This document shows positions 7,283 through 10,133 of a DNA stretch of 10,133 nucleotides, one piece after another (within the stretch, counting starts at the first letter, position 1; each line of letters begins with the position of its first letter). The notes under the pieces are model-generated. The model was not told the origin of the DNA. It did not search any database and saw only the letters and a list, made by a program, of their open reading frames with translations. The position numbers and the translations under genes are program-made. The stretch spans positions 1 through 10,133 of the forward strand of contig JBGAIQ010000097.1 in assembly GCA_044225365.1 (NCBI GenBank), written 5' to 3'. The stretch comes from Planctomycetota bacterium. GTDB taxonomy: Bacteria; Planctomycetota; B15-G4; JADJEK01.

Positions 7283-7892
7283 CGCCGCTCCCTTCGCCCA
7301 CGATCGGGCTCCGAATTGCCGGGTCGCCCTCGCTCGCAGGATCATCCCCTGTTGCCTTACCGCGTGCCCAATCGTCGAACTTGGAACGCTGCGTGTACAC
7401 CAGGATCGACACGAACACCGCGATGGGAAGTACCAGTACTCCGACCGGTCCGGCGCGCAAAGCGATGAGAACGATCACGCAGAGAAGCGCGATGAACTCG
7501 AAGTAGATGAATCCCGAGGTGACTCGATGCGCCACGAGCCAGGACGACCGCTCGGTCCGCTCGATTTCCCACGGGATCGCACGTCCTTCGGGAGCATCGC
7601 GCAGGAGTTCCTGCGACGCCGTCGACCACCGCAGCACGCTTTGCTTGCTGAGCGTCTGGAAGACGAATACCGCCACCGCGAGGCCCAACTGGAGCACGAG
7701 CGCGAACAGCACGACCGGGCCCGCCATCGCGGCGAGCGGCAGGATCAACAGCGAGCAGAAGTAGAACGCGCTGCTCCAGACGAGCGCATTCTCGCTTCGC
7801 CGTAAACAACGGCGCGCTTCGCGAAACAGCTCGTGTCGGACGAACCCCTCTCGTTGTTTCGCGTCGCCCGCACCTTCGACTTCCACGTCCAT
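7272..7892 (-). CDS. Hypothetical integral membrane protein, about 4 TM helices, 206 aa
   Basis: GGGAG 7 nt upstream of ATG 7892, and a possible -10 TAACAT on the minus strand at 7931-7936. Two pairs of hydrophobic segments (ALVWSSAFYFCSLLILPLAAMA / VVLFALVLQLGLAVAVFVF and GFIYFEFIALLCVIVLIAL / VGVLVLPIAVFVSILVY). Confidence 0.78.
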   Translation of the reverse strand: MDVEVEGAGDAKQREGFVRHELFREARRCLRRSENALVWSSAFYFCSLLILPLAAMAGPVVLFALVLQLGLAVAVFVFQTLSKQSVLRWSTASQELLRDAPEGRAIPWEIERTERSSWLVAHRVTSGFIYFEFIALLCVIVLIALRAGPVGVLVLPIAVFVSILVYTQRSKFDDWARGKATGDDPASEGDPAIRSPIVGEGSGDGA

Positions 7893-7953
7893 GCTCGAAC
7901 TCCCGATTCGATGACGTCACCTCGCCGCCGATGTTACTCCGCCGCTTCCGAGG

Positions 7954-7959
7954 TACCAT
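7954..7959 (+). promoter_or_regulatory. Possible -10 element (TACCAT) positioned for leaderless transcription of the SGNH gene
   Basis: TANNNT hexamer ending 6 nt before GTG 7966. No well-spaced Shine-Dalgarno sequence and no clear -35. Confidence 0.3.
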
Positions 7960-7965
7960 GCCTCC

Positions 7966-8961
7966 GTGACGAAACCCGTGAAAGCCCTCTTCGGCGCCGT
8001 CCTGCTGCTCCTCCTCGTGGAGGTCGGATTGCAGGCGTGGTTCCGGTCGCCGCCGCCGATGAATGGGATCCCGAAGAGCGGCCCGCTGTGCTTCGTGCTC
8101 GGCACTTCCCGCACGATGCGCGGCCTCGATCCGAACGCGATCGAATCCGCTCTCGGCGATGCCGGCGTTCCCCGACCCTTCGTCGCGAACATCTCCGAAG
8201 ACGGCGTCACGAACTTCTCGCTCTTCGACTTCTACATGACCGAGATCCGGCCGCTCGTCGTCGACGCCCATCGCCGCTGCCTGCTCGCGATCGAAGTGCG
8301 CGCGTCGGGGATGAACGACAGCTACGCGAACCCGGACGAGAACGCCAAGTTCACGCGCGGCGAGTATCGCGACATCATCGCCACCGCTCGCACCGAGAAC
8401 GCGCTCGGGGCGCAACTCCGAGCCTTCGATCTCGGCGCCGCCGCGAAGACCCTCTTCTCGTTCACTGCGCTCGGCTCGGGAGACGAATCCCTCGCGCGGG
8501 TCGAGCGGCGCCTCGTCCCCGGCGGCATTCCGCGCTGGGCCGCCGGCAGGAAAGGATTCAAACCGTACGAGGAACCGCGGCACGCCGACCTCCAGGAAGC
8601 GACCTGGCGCGAGCACTACGAGAAGATCATCCTCCGGAACTTCCACTTCGGCTCGACGCAGTTCCCGATGTTCCAGTTGCTCTGCAACCAGGCGAGGAAG
8701 GACGGCGTCGACGTCCTCCTCTACGTGATGCCCGTGACCGACGTGCAGAAGTCGTTCTGGCACCCACCCGCGCAACGCCAATACGTTCTCACGCAGGTTC
8801 GCCAATGGGCGCAGTCGCAGAACCTGCCCTGGTTCGACTTCGACACCGGCCACACGTTCACTCACGAGGAATTCCAGGACACGCACCATCTCACGCCGGC
8901 CGGCGCGGCGCGCCTCTCTCGCGATTTCGCGAGCAAGGTCTTCCTCCCCCATCTCAAGTAG
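7966..8961 (+). CDS. Membrane-anchored SGNH/GDSL-fold protein (DltD/AlgJ-like), likely extracytoplasmic partner of the MBOAT
   Basis: N-terminal anchor ALFGAVLLLLLVEVGLQAWF, block I FVLGTSR (catalytic Ser), block II-like NISEDG, VLLYVMP, and block V FQDTHHLTPAGA (D-x-x-H). Confidence 0.8.
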   Translation: MTKPVKALFGAVLLLLLVEVGLQAWFRSPPPMNGIPKSGPLCFVLGTSRTMRGLDPNAIESALGDAGVPRPFVANISEDGVTNFSLFDFYMTEIRPLVVDAHRRCLLAIEVRASGMNDSYANPDENAKFTRGEYRDIIATARTENALGAQLRAFDLGAAAKTLFSFTALGSGDESLARVERRLVPGGIPRWAAGRKGFKPYEEPRHADLQEATWREHYEKIILRNFHFGSTQFPMFQLLCNQARKDGVDVLLYVMPVTDVQKSFWHPPAQRQYVLTQVRQWAQSQNLPWFDFDTGHTFTHEEFQDTHHLTPAGAARLSRDFASKVFLPHLK

Positions 8962-8975
8962 CAGGACGCGCCGCG

Positions 8976-9359
8976 ATGGACCTTGCGATCCGCAATGCCA
9001 CGCGCGACGTCGTCCTGCATCCCGCGCCCGAATTCGCGACGAGCCTCTGGTCGCAGACGCGCGGCTTCATGTTCCGCCGCCCGGGGAATCGAGCGATCGT
9101 CTTCGAATTCGCAGCGTACCGCGAGATCGTGCTCCACACCTTCTTCGTGCGCGGCCCGCTCGACGCGATCGTCCTCGATTTCGAACACCTCGTCATCGCC
9201 GCGATCTCCGACCTGGAACCGTTTCGGATCTGGGATCCCAAGGTCCGCGCCCGCCGTCTCATCGAGTTGCCCGCGGGCACGCTCGCGTCGACGGGCACGG
9301 TCCTCGGCGACCGCATCGCGCTGACCCGCGGTGCGTCCGCTCTCAGTTCGGGTACGTGA
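8976..9359 (+). CDS. DUF192 domain-containing protein, 127 aa
   Basis: ATG 8976, 14 nt after the SGNH stop, with AGGA upstream. Family motifs RGFMFR, LHTFFVRGPLDAIVLD, LEPFR and IELPAGT...GDRI. This is the real C-terminal part of track ORF 7833..9359. Confidence 0.88.
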   Translation: MDLAIRNATRDVVLHPAPEFATSLWSQTRGFMFRRPGNRAIVFEFAAYREIVLHTFFVRGPLDAIVLDFEHLVIAAISDLEPFRIWDPKVRARRLIELPAGTLASTGTVLGDRIALTRGASALSSGT

Positions 9360-10133
9360 GCGATCGAACTCCGTTCACGATCGGCGTGAGCCAGATCGCG
9401 ACGACCTTGCGCGTCGGTCCCCGCTCCGTGGTGACGAACAACCAATTCCCCGACGAGAGCGCGACGTTCATCTCGAACCGGAAGTCCGACGTCACCGGAT
9501 GGGCGACCTCGCCATGAGGAGTCGACTCCGTCGTCACGTCCTTCAGGAAACGCCATTCGACCGCGAAGTCGAAATCGTAGTCCTGGCCCTGGAGAGGGAT
9601 GGCGGAGAACTTCACGTCCATCCCCGGATCGACCTGCGTGATCTTCGGCACGACGACCGGACCCTTCGCAGGAAAGACGTCGTCGACCTCGTCGTATCGC
9701 TCGACGAATCGCCGCGGCGCGGCGGGCGTCTTCGCCGAGATCTTGAAGAAGGGCAAGAGATTCTCCGCGATGACGCCGCGAATCCGAAGATCGAGTTTCC
9801 GTGATTCCGCCGGACCGTTGAACTCCGCCGTGATCGCCTTGCAACGCGCCACGTCGCCGACGATTTGGAGGTTCGTCTCGTCGAGCCCGAGCGATTTCGC
9901 CTGCTCCTCGCTCAACTCGACCGGGAACAGGAAGACCATCGGACACTCGTCGGGACTGAGCCGCAGCTCGCGCGCGCGGGCGAGGATCTTCTGGCCGTAC
10001 TCCCCCGTTTGCGCGTCCGCCTTCATCTGGATCACGCTCCCGGACTCCCCGAGCGTCCGGATGAAATTCGAGAAGCCGGGAGAGGAACGCTTCGCGTAGC
10101 TCTTCAGGTGATTCATGAAGTTCTCCATGGCAT
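9343..10133 (-). CDS. Hypothetical protein, divergent secretin (GspD/PilQ)-like; probably N-terminally truncated by the window edge
   Basis: The frame is open to the window end, so ATG 10128 may be internal. Beta-rich C-terminal half with secretin-like segments PKITQVDPGMDVKFSAIP, HPVTSDFRFEMNVALSSGNWLFV and KVVAIWLTPIV. The CDS is likely real; the family assignment is tentative. Confidence 0.6.
   Translation of the reverse strand, partial: AMENFMNHLKSYAKRSSPGFSNFIRTLGESGSVIQMKADAQTGEYGQKILARARELRLSPDECPMVFLFPVELSEEQAKSLGLDETNLQIVGDVARCKAITAEFNGPAESRKLDLRIRGVIAENLLPFFKISAKTPAAPRRFVERYDEVDDVFPAKGPVVVPKITQVDPGMDVKFSAIPLQGQDYDFDFAVEWRFLKDVTTESTPHGEVAHPVTSDFRFEMNVALSSGNWLFVTTERGPTRKVVAIWLTPIVNGVRSLTYPN

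Noticed and set aside
6167-7468. Long plus-strand ORFs with repeating peptides (AVTAAIRRRRSWRSRLRSAAA) crossing the array
   Set aside because: The 35-bp unit is not a multiple of 3 and has no plus-strand stop codon, so repeated peptides arise automatically. These ORFs overlap better-supported genes.
7912-7920. Palindrome TGACGTCA as an operator shared with 1890-1897
   Set aside because: The same GACGTCAC 8-mer also occurs inside a coding region near 9488-9495; short GC-rich words like this are expected by chance.
7357-8952. 531-aa minus-strand ORF, and the N-terminal 381 codons of plus ORF 7833..9359
   Set aside because: Antisense and off-frame shadows of the SGNH gene. Only 8976-9359 (DUF192) is protein-like, so there is no evidence of a fusion or programmed frameshift.
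5082-8961. Calling this an alginate or dlt (teichoic acid D-alanylation) cluster
   Set aside because: No alginate synthesis genes, dltA or dltC in the window; the similarity is at family level only.

Overview
GC-rich bacterial window, densely coding, with a cell-envelope theme. Taxonomy cannot be read directly; the secretin-like gene resembles Planctomycetota-type proteins (inference only). Left to right: (-) a HAMP sensor kinase and a truncated response regulator behind a sigma54-type promoter motif; (+) a small disordered ORF behind a sigma28-like motif; (-) a tightly coupled STAS-MlaE / MlaF / PqiC-like lipoprotein operon with no MCE (MlaD) gene; (+) an AlgI-type MBOAT acyltransferase; a spacer-less 35-bp x ~4.9 palindromic tandem array; (-) two coupled 4-TM hypothetical genes that look like diverged paralogues; (+) a membrane-anchored SGNH-like protein, the likely MBOAT partner, and a DUF192 gene; (-) a truncated, divergent secretin-like protein. 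No rRNA, tRNA, CRISPR array or transposase was recognised. All family calls come from motif recognition by eye, not database searches.
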